From a virus (taxonomy: Duplodnaviria > Caudoviricetes): DNA of 64,000 nucleotides. Shown here piece after piece: positions 7,507 to 17,783 of the stretch; position 1 is the first letter of the stretch, and every line of letters begins with the position of its first letter. Location: IMG/VR virus record IMGVR_UViG_3300023235_001725; one strand, given 5' to 3'. The notes beneath the pieces are model-generated. The model was not told the DNA's origin and made no database searches. It saw only the letters and a program-made list of their open reading frames with translations. The position numbers were made by a program, and so were the translations under genes.

Positions 7507-9834
7507 TTACTCGTAAATTGGCTGGTCAAACTCTTCCAGTAAAGTTTTTTTAATATATCCGTAAATGTCATGATATTCCATATCCATCCTCGGATACGGC
7601 ATTGATTTGTATTTCGCCATTATACGCAATAATTCAAGATTTGTGCTATGCTTTGGAACTTTTAAAAATCTAGTGTAATCAAAAGCGCAATCTGGCTCAT
7701 CGTTAAGATGTTTAATTATCTTAAATACTTTTGCTAGTGCGTTGGAGTCTTCATGGAAGTCTTCGGGTATAGAATCATAAATAGGAGTTGATTTAGGCTG
7801 TGTCCATTCTTTTTTTGCCCATTTTTTAGCAGTAAAAAAGATTTCATTTCCTTTGCTTCTATAGCTAGTTTCTTGTATTTTATGGACTTCCGAGTTTTCA
7901 CTTTTAATCGTTAACCTATTAGGATAAATTTTCTCATGTAAATCCATGCGGCTTTGTCGATATTTTGTGTTTAACCAGATTCTTCTTAAGGCTTCATTTT
8001 CTTTACAATGTTTATTATACAAAGAATATAGGTTATCTAAAGTTGTTTCCCCTTGACTTTGTGTTAGAAAATTAAACCATAAGTCAGACAGTTCTCGTGA
8101 GTACATTGTTTCGCGGGCTCTATTCTCACTTCGTCCAGAATTATCTGAAGGGATTCGATATGTTAGAATTTCAGACTGGTCATCATAATCTCCCCACCTG
8201 TCGACACGGCCTACTCTTTGAAGAGTAGCTTCTGGAGACAGGCAACTTTCAATCAAATGCCTAAAAGAAACATCTAAAGATGCCTGTGCTATTGGGCTCG
8301 CTATTACGTGTTCTTTTTCAATATTTCTGTCGGATTGCTTTCCATAGTTTTGAAGAATAACGCTTAATCGCGCTTGATTGTCGTCGTCCTCAAATTTTCC
8401 ATGAAACAAAATAGTATCTTCATTGTGTTTGTGCTTATTTCTTTGACACTCAACTATAGAATTAGAGATAAAAAGAACAGGGCTTTTTTTACTTTCAGAT
8501 ATTCTAGAACGCCCCTCTTTTGTAGTGAGTTTGTATGATTTATTGTGGACAGCAGGAGCATGTTCAAATTTTCCAGGCAAATGGGCTGTTGAGTTGTCAA
8601 ATGAATCCCAATAAACTGATAAATCAAGTGGGGTTGCGGACAGCAGTAAAGAGCGTCCGTTTGTCATCTGATGTCTTACCTTCATTAGATTTATAAAACC
8701 AGCCAGTAAAGCCCCGTCCGACACTAGCTCATGATACTCATCAAATACAACATCTGCATCGGATACCATTAATAAATCAATATCGTTACAATGCTCTTTT
8801 GTCGGACGTAAAAAGTTATCTACGTTGGTTACAATGATATCGCTTGAAAACTTTATTCCTAAATCTGAATTTGAGGCCTGTTGTTTTCCAGCGTAATATA
8901 ATTCTACTGAAGTTTCAATTCCTGCATTTTTAAGCTCTCTTAAGATGTTGTGGTACACTGATTGTGCCACAGCATTTCTTGGACACACCCAAATAAGCCG
9001 TTTATTGTTGACAGTGCTCCAAAGTAAACCTAGAAGTGTTTTTCCGTATCCAGCAGGGGCGTTGATTTGAACAGTCTTAAACGAGGTCGTCCTAGATGCT
9101 AAAGCAACTTGTTGTGTCCATCTTTTTTCATGTCCAGGATATGGGCATTTAGTAAAAGCGTAACGGTGTTGTTGAATCAGTCGTTCATTTATAGTTTTTT
9201 TAATTTCATCAACTGTAAAATCTCCTAATTCACTAACTAAGTGGTCAGCTCTTACCACGCACATGCGAATAATCGTGTTGTCAACGTTGAGGTCGCTCGT
9301 CTCGTTAAAATCTCTAATATAGTAATGAGGGCTTGATGTTTCAGCTATTCTTGGCCTATCAAGGACTTGGCCAGGAAATAATTCTTCGACGAATTCAATC
9401 ATTCTATCGATAGAATTATCTTTCTTCTTCCGAACCCACTCAAGAATAGACGCATCTGTGTGCTTGCCCATTACATTGTTAATGCCGTGATGCCAGTATA
9501 CTGCTTCAGCAACTTGTCTTAGCTCCTCTGAGTCAAAGCTGATGTACATTCTTACAAATGCCCATCCCACTTCATTGTGCGAAAAAATAATGTCTTTTTT
9601 CTTTGTTTTAGTGGATTTACCATTTAAAGAGTTTCGGAGTAAAGTTTGAAACTCGGTTTCGGCTTTTCCAATATCATGAAGAAGCGCCGCTTTGCGGATA
9701 ACTGATATAAAATGTTTTTTTTCTGTATCTGAGGTAACTATAACTGAGTCGGCAATATATTCCGCAACCTCAGCAACCTTTCGACTGTGCTCAATCAGGG
9801 TTTCGCCAGTACTTTTTGCTAATAACTCATCCAT
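7507..9834 (-). CDS. cas3: Cas3 HD nuclease-helicase, stand-alone (no Cas2 fusion)
   Basis: HD domain (LIEH, LHDIGK, WHHG, ADH) plus SF2 motifs APAGYGKT, DEYH, SATP and QRVGRVDR. Confidence 0.93.
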   Translation of the reverse strand: MDELLAKSTGETLIEHSRKVAEVAEYIADSVIVTSDTEKKHFISVIRKAALLHDIGKAETEFQTLLRNSLNGKSTKTKKKDIIFSHNEVGWAFVRMYISFDSEELRQVAEAVYWHHGINNVMGKHTDASILEWVRKKKDNSIDRMIEFVEELFPGQVLDRPRIAETSSPHYYIRDFNETSDLNVDNTIIRMCVVRADHLVSELGDFTVDEIKKTINERLIQQHRYAFTKCPYPGHEKRWTQQVALASRTTSFKTVQINAPAGYGKTLLGLLWSTVNNKRLIWVCPRNAVAQSVYHNILRELKNAGIETSVELYYAGKQQASNSDLGIKFSSDIIVTNVDNFLRPTKEHCNDIDLLMVSDADVVFDEYHELVSDGALLAGFINLMKVRHQMTNGRSLLLSATPLDLSVYWDSFDNSTAHLPGKFEHAPAVHNKSYKLTTKEGRSRISESKKSPVLFISNSIVECQRNKHKHNEDTILFHGKFEDDDNQARLSVILQNYGKQSDRNIEKEHVIASPIAQASLDVSFRHLIESCLSPEATLQRVGRVDRWGDYDDQSEILTYRIPSDNSGRSENRARETMYSRELSDLWFNFLTQSQGETTLDNLYSLYNKHCKENEALRRIWLNTKYRQSRMDLHEKIYPNRLTIKSENSEVHKIQETSYRSKGNEIFFTAKKWAKKEWTQPKSTPIYDSIPEDFHEDSNALAKVFKIIKHLNDEPDCAFDYTRFLKVPKHSTNLELLRIMAKYKSMPYPRMDMEYHDIYGYIKKTLLEEFDQPIYE

Positions 9835-9870
9835 AAATAAAAAGACTTTTTCATTAGCCTTGGTTTAATA

Positions 9871-9896
9871 TACGATGAATTAATAAAAAAGTTTCA
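9871..9896 (-). promoter_or_regulatory. ECF-type promoter TGAAAC-N16-CGTA upstream of cas3
   Basis: Exact 16-nt spacing; motif shared with eight other intergenic sites. Confidence 0.75.
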
Positions 9897-9907
9897 ACTA
9901 ACGTTGT

Positions 9908-10513
9908 TTACCACTCTACTATGGATAATTGTTTTGGGTCCCGACCTATCTCTTTAATCTCCGCCAAACATTCCTTCATGGTTATTCCCACTTGGTCCTT
10001 CGAAGATTGAATCACACCATCTGGGTTTACGCAGCACTCGACCGCATTCTTGAATCCAAACTGGGGCTCATCCCACCTTAAAGTGCGCTCCACTTTTGGG
10101 TTGTACTTCCCTGCTACTTTATAATGCATAATGCAATCTAATGAACAAAAGAAACCATGCGCAAATCCTTTGGGGATGTACAGCTGTTTCTTATTGTCTC
10201 CAGACAATTCGAACTCTGCGTGCTGAGTAAATGTTTTTGAGTATGGGCGCAAGTCTACGATAAAATCCGTGACGCTACCCTGTATTACACTAACAAGCTT
10301 TGCTTGGGCATGTGGTGGGAGCTGGTAATGAAGCCCTCTTAGAGTGCCTCTGGTGGAGTGAGATATGTTATCTTGGATAAACACTGGGGCTGCTCCAGTA
10401 GCTAATGCAAACTTCTCGTGATTGAATGATTCAAAAAATGAGCCTCGTATATCTTTAAAAACTTTAGGTGTTATAATGTATACTCCTTCAAACTTTGTAT
10501 TCTCTATCTCCAT
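9908..10513 (-). CDS. rmlC: dTDP-4-dehydrorhamnose 3,5-epimerase
   Basis: DIRGSFFE, QDNISHS..GTLRGLHYQ, QAKLV and IPKGFAHGF motifs. Confidence 0.93.
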   Translation of the reverse strand: MEIENTKFEGVYIITPKVFKDIRGSFFESFNHEKFALATGAAPVFIQDNISHSTRGTLRGLHYQLPPHAQAKLVSVIQGSVTDFIVDLRPYSKTFTQHAEFELSGDNKKQLYIPKGFAHGFFCSLDCIMHYKVAGKYNPKVERTLRWDEPQFGFKNAVECCVNPDGVIQSSKDQVGITMKECLAEIKEIGRDPKQLSIVEW

Positions 10514-10517
10514 GTGT

Positions 10518-10775
10518 TCATTCTATGAGTTGCCATCCAAAATCTAGATAATCTTTTCTAGATATAATTAAGCGTTTTCTTGGGTGCTTGTCAAAAAACT
10601 TCTTGAGGGCGCCACACTTTTCATACTCTTCACCGTTCTCAAAAAAGAAAATGGATTCATTTATTAGAAAAGTGGGAATCAGTTTTCCAAGTGTTCCTGG
10701 ATGTGCACTTACTGCTTCAAAAAGTAAGTTGTACATTTTAATATCTACGCTGGTTATGTTTGTTCGACCTTTCAT
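10518..10775 (-). CDS. Hypothetical protein
   Basis: ORF in a co-directional gene run. Confidence 0.6.
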   Translation of the reverse strand: MKGRTNITSVDIKMYNLLFEAVSAHPGTLGKLIPTFLINESIFFFENGEEYEKCGALKKFFDKHPRKRLIISRKDYLDFGWQLIE

Positions 10776-10871
10776 TGTATTAATAAATACAGGTCTAAAA
10801 TCAAAAACTAGCCATATTGAAACCAGCTGTTTTTTGCCGTATTACTGGCTATTTAATGCTTTCTGTTAAAG

Positions 10872-11306
10872 CTACATACTGATGCCTCCGCTAATTGTCT
10901 TAGCATCAATGTCTCCACTTTTAGTTGATACCAAACCAGCAATGTCTCCTTTTACATCAACATCTCCAGAAGCTGTTTTAACGCTGCCTTCAATGTTTCC
11001 TCCGACTTCGATATCACCAGAAGCGCTTTGAACGTCTCCGCGAATATCTCCTCCTACTTCAATGTCTCCGCTTGCTGAGGTTATTCGCCCTGAGTTACCT
11101 GTGACGTTTAAATTTCCAAAGGCTCCTTGGACCAGCTCTACATCGCCTTCAACAGTAATATTCACGACCCGCTTGCTATCTCCAACATGAACTTGTTCTC
11201 CATCGATGTAAATTTCTCCGTCTCCACTAATATTAACAACTTTACCTTCGTACTTATTTGAATCAATTCTAAAAATTGCCATAAATAATTTAATTAATTT
11301 GTTCAT
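10872..11306 (-). CDS. Repeat protein (DUF4097-like beta-solenoid)
   Basis: Tandem (S/T)ASGD(I/V)xVxG(D/N)I repeats. Confidence 0.65.
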   Translation of the reverse strand: MNKLIKLFMAIFRIDSNKYEGKVVNISGDGEIYIDGEQVHVGDSKRVVNITVEGDVELVQGAFGNLNVTGNSGRITSASGDIEVGGDIRGDVQSASGDIEVGGNIEGSVKTASGDVDVKGDIAGLVSTKSGDIDAKTISGGISM

Positions 11307-11360
11307 TTAAAAAAAGTATAGTGATTCTCTTTTTTTTTAGATATAAGCCTTATGTGGGTT

Positions 11361-11795
11361 TCAAGAAAACTCTGTTGAGGTTGAAAACCTCAACCCAAAC
11401 CACTTGTTATCAGTCTTTGTGCCATCCACCATATAATAAGGTTTTGAGATTTCTGGATGCATTTCTTCCCACTGGTCTGCATATTTATCACCAGTAAGGC
11501 CTCCTCGTTTCGCTTTAACCTGCTTCCAAAAATCATCTGCAGTAATGGGTGTATCGTACTCGTCTAAAATTTGATGATTCAACAGAAACTTTGTCAGAGA
11601 CTCTAATGAATCATAGTGCATCCAATTATTGTGGTTGAAACAAAACTCCCAACCATGAGAAGACTTTCCAATGTGGATTATCGTATCAAAAAAAGCTTTT
11701 TTTAGCTCTTTTAAGCGTTCTTGGTCCACAAGAGATTTGAGCACCTCTTTTTCATCATTGCTCACGATTCTGATTGCGTAGTAGTTTGTTCCCAT
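11361..11795 (-). CDS. Hypothetical phage protein (MGTNYY-type N-terminus)
   Basis: ORF; promoter motif directly upstream. Confidence 0.7.
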   Translation of the reverse strand: MGTNYYAIRIVSNDEKEVLKSLVDQERLKELKKAFFDTIIHIGKSSHGWEFCFNHNNWMHYDSLESLTKFLLNHQILDEYDTPITADDFWKQVKAKRGGLTGDKYADQWEEMHPEISKPYYMVDGTKTDNKWFGLRFSTSTEFS

Positions 11796-11805
11796 TTTTT
11801 GAATA

Positions 11806-11831
11806 TACGAAGAAATTAAGAAAAAGTTTCT
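11806..11831 (-). promoter_or_regulatory. ECF-type promoter AGAAAC-N16-CGTA
   Basis: Exact spacing; 10 nt upstream of the ATG at 11795. Confidence 0.65.
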
Positions 11832-12268
11832 TATTGGTTGAATTGCTTTTTGAGCATCTCTCGGATTGCGGAGGTATCTCTTGTTCCCTCAACGACTCCT
11901 TTTCCTATGTTCTCCAGGTTAGCCTTGTTGTCAATTGCTTTAGACAACCACTCTAAAGGCTCTTCTTGAATTACCAGCTGCTGAAGCATTTTTTTCCAAG
12001 TTGGAAGTGGCAGGAAATCAAAATCAATTTCTGTTCCTGCTGTTTCTGCGTTCTGTGTTTCCACTTCCAATAATCTATCATAATGTTCTCCGTTACCAAA
12101 AATAGCTTCGGCGAACTCATGCTTAAAGATTAAGCTGTTATAGCCTCCGTTAGTAGTCATCTGACCCCAGTGTATTTTTGTTCTGTCTATTTTGTGTCCA
12201 CCTTTCTCAGCTTCATCAATGGCTTTGTTAATTATATCTGTCCAAGTCATGCTTTTTGTGTTTTGCAA
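11831..12268 (-). CDS. Hypothetical protein
   Basis: ORF; TATCTTTG box upstream at about 12332. Confidence 0.65.
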   Translation of the reverse strand: MQNTKSMTWTDIINKAIDEAEKGGHKIDRTKIHWGQMTTNGGYNSLIFKHEFAEAIFGNGEHYDRLLEVETQNAETAGTEIDFDFLPLPTWKKMLQQLVIQEEPLEWLSKAIDNKANLENIGKGVVEGTRDTSAIREMLKKQFNQ

Positions 12269-12451
12269 AAAATACTTATTAAGCGTTAAATTTTAAAGTC
12301 TATGCTTTTCGTGATTCCCATGTTTAGCTACCAAAGATACAGAAAAAAGCATTTTACTTTGCGTTTGTTTTTTATTATGTTAAATTTGTGTTTCCAATGT
12401 TAAGTTAATGTTATGAACTATTTATTGGAGTAATCGCACAAAACATACATT

Positions 12452-12808
12452 ATGAAAAAGATATTAATTTTACTTATTATACTATGTACTCTCACCACTA
12501 CAGCTCAAGGGGAGTTGGAATGTGACTCACTTTTTAGCTGTTTCAGTTATTATGAAAGTGGTGAAGTCAAATTTAAAGGAACAGCTGATTGTCAAGAAAG
12601 AGCTCACGGAAAGTTTGTTGAGTTCCGAAAAAGCGGAGAAATACTTGGAGTTGGAGAATTCTCGCACGGAGTTCGAGTAGGAGTTTGGATTACATATTCA
12701 ACACTTGAGAAGTCTTCCTATGTTATATACTTCGATAAACACGGAAACAAGATAAGGGCTGAAAAGCTTGTTGGGGATTTAATTGTCGAAGCAAAGGAGT
12801 ACAAATAG
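12452..12808 (+). CDS. Secreted MORN-variant/YwqK-like repeat protein
   Basis: Signal-peptide-like N-terminus; YYESGEVKFKG and HGKFVEFRKSG repeats. Confidence 0.6.
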   Translation: MKKILILLIILCTLTTTAQGELECDSLFSCFSYYESGEVKFKGTADCQERAHGKFVEFRKSGEILGVGEFSHGVRVGVWITYSTLEKSSYVIYFDKHGNKIRAEKLVGDLIVEAKEYK

Positions 12809-12820
12809 CAGGTGTATTCT

Positions 12821-13234
12821 CTATGCAAGGAAGCTTTGCAAAGGCTTCATCGCGTATATTCCATGTGTTCGTATTGTCACCATTGGACTTGAGCCAACCT
12901 CTTCACCTTCAATGATAAAACCTTTTTCTGAAAAAGAGTCGTAAACTAGAGGGTATAAGATTAAAACCTCTTCCTGAACGTGGCGCCCAATCTTTCCTCG
13001 TATAAAGGCGTGCACATTTTTAATTTTAGACGTTATAGCTTTTTTCTTTCCTGCTGGATTTACAATAAAGTTAACGTTTTTCATCTCTAGCTCAGTCGCA
13101 TGGGCCACAACCAGGCTTTTCTGTTTAATGCTAAAAACTGTGCCTTTTCTATTTAAACATCGATATACGTCGACTGACTGAGAGTAATTGAGTTCTCTCT
13201 CTTTAAAAGGTGTTATGCTACTATTTGACATCAT
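12821..13234 (-). CDS. Hypothetical phage protein
   Basis: VDVYRCLNRKGTVFSI...KNVHAFIRG; ORF. Confidence 0.65.
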   Translation of the reverse strand: MMSNSSITPFKERELNYSQSVDVYRCLNRKGTVFSIKQKSLVVAHATELEMKNVNFIVNPAGKKKAITSKIKNVHAFIRGKIGRHVQEEVLILYPLVYDSFSEKGFIIEGEEVGSSPMVTIRTHGIYAMKPLQSFLA

Positions 13235-13252
13235 GCTGTAAATACAATGTTT

Positions 13253-14869
13253 TTACTTAACTAAGAAACCAACTTCATAAGTCATCCATCTGAGTTTTTC
13301 TTCAAGGATTTTATAGGCTACCGTTAGTTTTTTAAATAAATCTGGCTTGTCTTTTTTCCAATGCTCCTTTAGTTGAGAATAACCCGCATCCCACCTGTCC
13401 AAATGGAGTTCTGGGTGAGCTTTGGCATAAACCATTCGTTCTGGGCCGCTCCAATATAGCATTTTATTAGCTATCTCCAACACATCTACTGCATCTTGAG
13501 ACATGTGTTTCACATTGCTCTGAATCATACTGTTCATTATCGTGGCTGACCTGTCTTGTTTATGTTCAATGTCTATTAGACATGGGTCGCCCCAGAAAAA
13601 GCTGTTTCTTACATCATATTCCTGCTTTTTAAAAACAATTCCGCCTATCGAACTTTGATGTGACGCTGAATGGAACAAAGAGTAAACTAAAGAGTCTGCA
13701 GCGTATTGATTCCATAGTTCAGCAGAGGTGTTTGGGGCCATGTATTCGTCTTTTTGGTTAATCCAGGTGGAATACGGTCCCACGTGAGTCTTTCGTGCCG
13801 CAAACAAGCTACAAACCTTCTTTAGATTATCTGGTATAATAGAGAACCCGTTTCCTTTTGACGCAGCCCAGCTATATAGCGCTACTTGTTGTGGGTTTTC
13901 ATAAATATTGTTTGATGCATTCAGAAAATATCCAATCGCTCCATCAACAAGGCTTCCTCGCATTGTTTTGCCTTCCACTTTCCATTTTAATGCACTTGTG
14001 AACTGAGGAATGTTTTTATTTGACCTTAATCCTTTTGTCTCTTCCCTTGCCCAGATAGATGCTGCTTCTCTTTGGTCTGTGTTGTATAATTCTTTACGTT
14101 TTGGAAGAACTCCTTTGATGCGAGGGTCTGCAATCACTTCATAACTCCAAGATGTTCGTTCATCTAATCCTGGGGTCATCAAAGTGAAGGTTATTCCCCA
14201 GTCTGACTTTACCTCCATGAATTCTGATGCTGGAAACAAAAAACCGTCTTGGACCCTAAAATTCTTAAACATCCTTTCTCTAAAAGTTTTAAAACTTGAC
14301 CCAGTTAAAAAAAGAGGTGGTGAAAACACGGCAATTACAACATTGGAAATACCATATGCTTCTTTTATCGCATTGATGCGATAAAGAAACTGAGCGTAGA
14401 GCTGTTGAGATGACTTTCCCCAACCGTTTTCTCGCATTTCATTATTAATCCAAGTCTTGGCTGTTCCTGATTTATGGCTTGAGGTTGCTCCTTTATTGTT
14501 AGCGGTTGCGTATGGAGGATTTATTAAAAAGACGATTGGTTTGTCATCTTTTATTGCTTGTTTTAAAGCTGGCGACTGAGTCGTTAGCTTTTCAGAGTCA
14601 TCATTAAGGAAGTCAAACTGAAAAGCTTGCTGATTTGAAACTGTTTCACACTTATCAATATCAGCTTTATGAAGAGTTGAACTATACAATTCTTTAAATT
14701 CATATCCTTGGGTAAGGTTCATAAAGCCCGAAGCACAGTCCCACACCACATACTCTTGTTTCCAGTTTTTTCCCAAGTTGTCCTGAATCAGCCTATGTGC
14801 TTCGTCCACCCATATTTGAGGTGTATAAAATTCGCCTTCTCTTTTCTTTTTATCCAATGTGATAGTCAT
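13253..14869 (-). CDS. Large N6-adenine DNA methyltransferase-like protein (MTase plus probable specificity region)
   Basis: GEFYTP, VVWDCASG and FLINPPYA motifs. Start moved to MTITL (14869) because the longer ORF reads through an attC-like site. Confidence 0.75.
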   Translation of the reverse strand: MTITLDKKKREGEFYTPQIWVDEAHRLIQDNLGKNWKQEYVVWDCASGFMNLTQGYEFKELYSSTLHKADIDKCETVSNQQAFQFDFLNDDSEKLTTQSPALKQAIKDDKPIVFLINPPYATANNKGATSSHKSGTAKTWINNEMRENGWGKSSQQLYAQFLYRINAIKEAYGISNVVIAVFSPPLFLTGSSFKTFRERMFKNFRVQDGFLFPASEFMEVKSDWGITFTLMTPGLDERTSWSYEVIADPRIKGVLPKRKELYNTDQREAASIWAREETKGLRSNKNIPQFTSALKWKVEGKTMRGSLVDGAIGYFLNASNNIYENPQQVALYSWAASKGNGFSIIPDNLKKVCSLFAARKTHVGPYSTWINQKDEYMAPNTSAELWNQYAADSLVYSLFHSASHQSSIGGIVFKKQEYDVRNSFFWGDPCLIDIEHKQDRSATIMNSMIQSNVKHMSQDAVDVLEIANKMLYWSGPERMVYAKAHPELHLDRWDAGYSQLKEHWKKDKPDLFKKLTVAYKILEEKLRWMTYEVGFLVK

Positions 14870-15069
14870 GCTTTTAATATGAGCATGAGCGTAAAAAAAA
14901 GAAAGGAACAAATAATAAAACGGTGCATACGCACAATGCTGATAGCAAACTTTATTATACACCTTGTTAGTTATACACAGTACGGTTATTTAAGGTAGAA
15001 TTTTGATACGAAGAAAGAATAAACTTTTTAAAAATGTGCGGTGAAAATTTTAATTCTGAATATTTATAT

Positions 15070-15327
15070 GTGAACTACCCATCTACAGCAAGCTGATGGA
15101 AGGGCTTCTAAAAAAATATAAATGCAAAGAGCAGATACATATTCAGAATTTACAGCGTTTCGTAGACTTGCCCATTGGCAACGCCTCACCGCCTTTTTAT
15201 TTATCCTGCGAAGTTGGCCCCAACCCACAGCTTAATATTTTGTTTCGCTTATGATTTTATGCAAACAACGAAAAAGAACTTATTTGTAAATATATAAAAA
15301 ACGCTTACATCTCACCCACGCTAAATC
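15070..15327. mobile_element. Non-autonomous IS200/IS605-like remnant (PATE/MITE-like)
   Basis: Left end GTGAACTACCCATC...GATGGAAGGGCTTC hairpin and right end CGCTTACATCTCACCCACGCTAAA (half hairpin) resemble IS200/IS605 ends; no ORF between them. Confidence 0.5.
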
Positions 15328-15329
15328 AT

Positions 15330-15647
15330 ATGGAACAAGAAAAAAAATTAAAGAACTTCATTAAAACTACAATCATAGAGTTTTTTAATGAACAATATGA
15401 AAATATTCAACATTATGATTTATTTGAATATTATGAAAAACAACCAAAAGAATTAAAGGTAATTGTAGATAAATATTTGAATTTATTAGATAAACGTAAA
15501 GGTTATGATGTGATTAAGAAATTTCACGATGCAGTTTATAAAATAGGTTATACGTTTGATAGTGGATTAGATGCTGAACCACACGGTTTAAGACCCATAG
15601 GGGTTAAATTAAATCAGTTGGTAGGTTGGGAAGATATAGATAATTAA
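15330..15647 (+). CDS. Hypothetical cassette protein with an N-terminal FIKTTIIEFFNE motif
   Basis: ORF; motif shared with neighbouring cassette genes. Confidence 0.65.
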   Translation: MEQEKKLKNFIKTTIIEFFNEQYENIQHYDLFEYYEKQPKELKVIVDKYLNLLDKRKGYDVIKKFHDAVYKIGYTFDSGLDAEPHGLRPIGVKLNQLVGWEDIDN

Positions 15648-15903
15648 AACACGAATGTAGTATTGTGTATAACGCCACTTTTCATTTGTGAAAATTTTAT
15701 CACCAATATTCTCATTTACAAACTGCTTAAAGTTCTTAACTTTATCAATCATTTCTCTCATATCTTTACTCACTGGTCTGTTCATTTTCTTGGTTGTTTG
15801 TTAGTGTATGCCGTACACTGTATTGAATTTATTCGCTTGTTATGTGTAAGTGTTACATTCATCGTTCTAATCAACATTTAGGTTAAAAAATTTAAAAGAC
15901 AAT

Positions 15904-16299
15904 TTACCCCAATATTTTTTGAACCCAATCAGGTAATTTACTAAATTTAATTAATTTACATTTTACTGTTGGTAAATTATTTCTAATTGATTTTTGAATC
16001 CTGTGATTTCCATCAAGAATATATTTAATAGATTTATCATCATTCATCAAAATCAATACTGGGTATTGTATGTCGGATTTTTCTATTTTATCAATTTCTT
16101 CTGTGTTTCCGTCCCAAGTTAATACAATATTTTTTAGTTTATTGGTATCCATTTCTTGAACTTTAATGTTTTTTGTAAGGTCTAATATCTGAACTAACGT
16201 AACTGTTTGGTTGTCATTATTTGTCCAAGATGTATCTTCTAAACCTTCATTCAAAAATTCTCTTATAGTTGTTTTAATAAATCCTCTCAAATCTTTCAT
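15904..16299 (-). CDS. ParB/sulfiredoxin-like domain protein with an N-terminal FIKTTIREFLNE motif
   Basis: YPVLIL...ILDGNHRIQK motif. Confidence 0.7.
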   Translation of the reverse strand: MKDLRGFIKTTIREFLNEGLEDTSWTNNDNQTVTLVQILDLTKNIKVQEMDTNKLKNIVLTWDGNTEEIDKIEKSDIQYPVLILMNDDKSIKYILDGNHRIQKSIRNNLPTVKCKLIKFSKLPDWVQKILG

Positions 16300-16502
16300 T
16301 GTTTTCTTTTATATATAAATACTTAGAATTTAAATTTTTGTTTATTTCTTCGTATCAACATTTTACCTTAATTAACCACACCCACACATAACAACGTGTA
16401 TAATAAAGTTTGCTATCAAGTTCAGTGGTAATTTAAAAGTTCATCTAAGCAAACCTTCTCATACACCCATTCGTTACCCACAATGTAAAAAGCCGCCAAG
16501 CT

Positions 16503-17021
16503 TTACGGCTGTATGTTTAGCAACTCTTTTTCTCTTTTTCTAATACTTCTATAATCTATAAAGTTATGTGTTCCTTTATTCGCTTTTTCGCCAAATATTA
16601 TAATACTCATTCCCATCCATAAACCTCGTGGTTCATCATTAAAATTTACTTCACCGTTTATAAAACGTATTTCTGCATCAATCATAGTTTCTGCCCACCA
16701 TTTTGTATTACTTCTTACTGGTATTAAGCAAACTTTTGTGCCACCATTTATTAACGCTTCGTTATGTGCTTTTTTAACCCATTTACTTAAATTTCTATCA
16801 AATGGAGGGTTCATCCAACAATTACCAATCCAATCTTTATTTAAAGAATTATCTTCTTTAGTCCAGTATTTTGGTAATTTATGATTTAATGAACTTGCAC
16901 AAACATCAGTAGTTATTGCAAACTCTTTTATTAAAGGTTGTACAATCGTTTTAGGTGTACTATACTCAATGCTTTTACTCTCAAAAGAGTTGTTTTTATT
17001 TCCAATTTTATCTATTCCCAT
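16503..17021 (-). CDS. Phage N6-adenine DNA methyltransferase (PF05869-like)
   Basis: YSTP, DVCAS and CWMNPPF motifs. Confidence 0.85.
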   Translation of the reverse strand: MGIDKIGNKNNSFESKSIEYSTPKTIVQPLIKEFAITTDVCASSLNHKLPKYWTKEDNSLNKDWIGNCWMNPPFDRNLSKWVKKAHNEALINGGTKVCLIPVRSNTKWWAETMIDAEIRFINGEVNFNDEPRGLWMGMSIIIFGEKANKGTHNFIDYRSIRKREKELLNIQP

Positions 17022-17207
17022 TCTGTATGTATTTGCCCTCGTACCTCACGCACGGCTTTTTAAAAAGTGGGTAACACCGTATAAAAAACATTGCTAAATT
17101 GTGCAATATCAAAGGTCTGTTAATATTAATTTACTTTATTTCTAATCGTTAATTCTGTGCTTTCTAAACGCAACATTTCTTATACATGTACGTTAGCAGA
17201 AATAAAA

Positions 17208-17414
17208 TTATCCAGCCACCACACCATCAATAACCTTTCGTAGTTCAACATTTATTTCATCTCGCAAGTCCAACAATTCATCCATTGTTAAGTAACTTAA
17301 ACTATCTTCATTCAGCCATAGTTCAAATGACCTTCTACCAGTTGAATGATAGATACGAATTGTTTCAATCTTCGTTTTCAGTGTTTCCGTTTGTCCCCCG
17401 TCTTTGATTTTCAT
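17208..17414 (-). CDS. Hypothetical cassette protein
   Basis: ORF filling one cassette. Confidence 0.6.
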   Translation of the reverse strand: MKIKDGGQTETLKTKIETIRIYHSTGRRSFELWLNEDSLSYLTMDELLDLRDEINVELRKVIDGVVAG

Positions 17415-17523
17415 TTTTGTTTCAATTTATATTTACGAGCATCCCACGCTCAAAAGGGATAATTTTACATCTGCTAATGCTAACAACGTATAAAGTGCAT
17501 TAAAACGCCACTTATACTAAGCA

Positions 17524-17724
17524 TTAGCAAACATTAAAATCCACCTCTCTACCTTCTCCGCAAATATGGTAAAAGTCTTCTTTGTGGGCTTGCTCTCCTT
17601 TTTTCCAAACCCTTATATAAACATTTCTCGTAATTTTATTTCTCCTTGCTTTTATACCGTTTAGCTCTCCGTACTCAAACGGTTTGCTAACAAAGTATAA
17701 ATAACATTGCTTAATTAGGTTCAT
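17524..17724 (-). CDS. Hypothetical cassette protein whose start (MNLIKQCYLYFVS) lies inside the attC-like site
   Basis: ATG at 17724 is within site 17682-17779; the stop TAA lies in the core of the next site. Confidence 0.55.
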   Translation of the reverse strand: MNLIKQCYLYFVSKPFEYGELNGIKARRNKITRNVYIRVWKKGEQAHKEDFYHICGEGREVDFNVC

Positions 17725-17783
17725 AGTTTTAAATTTAGTGCTGCAAGTCGCAACGTTTCTTATACTAGTCATTAGCACCAATA

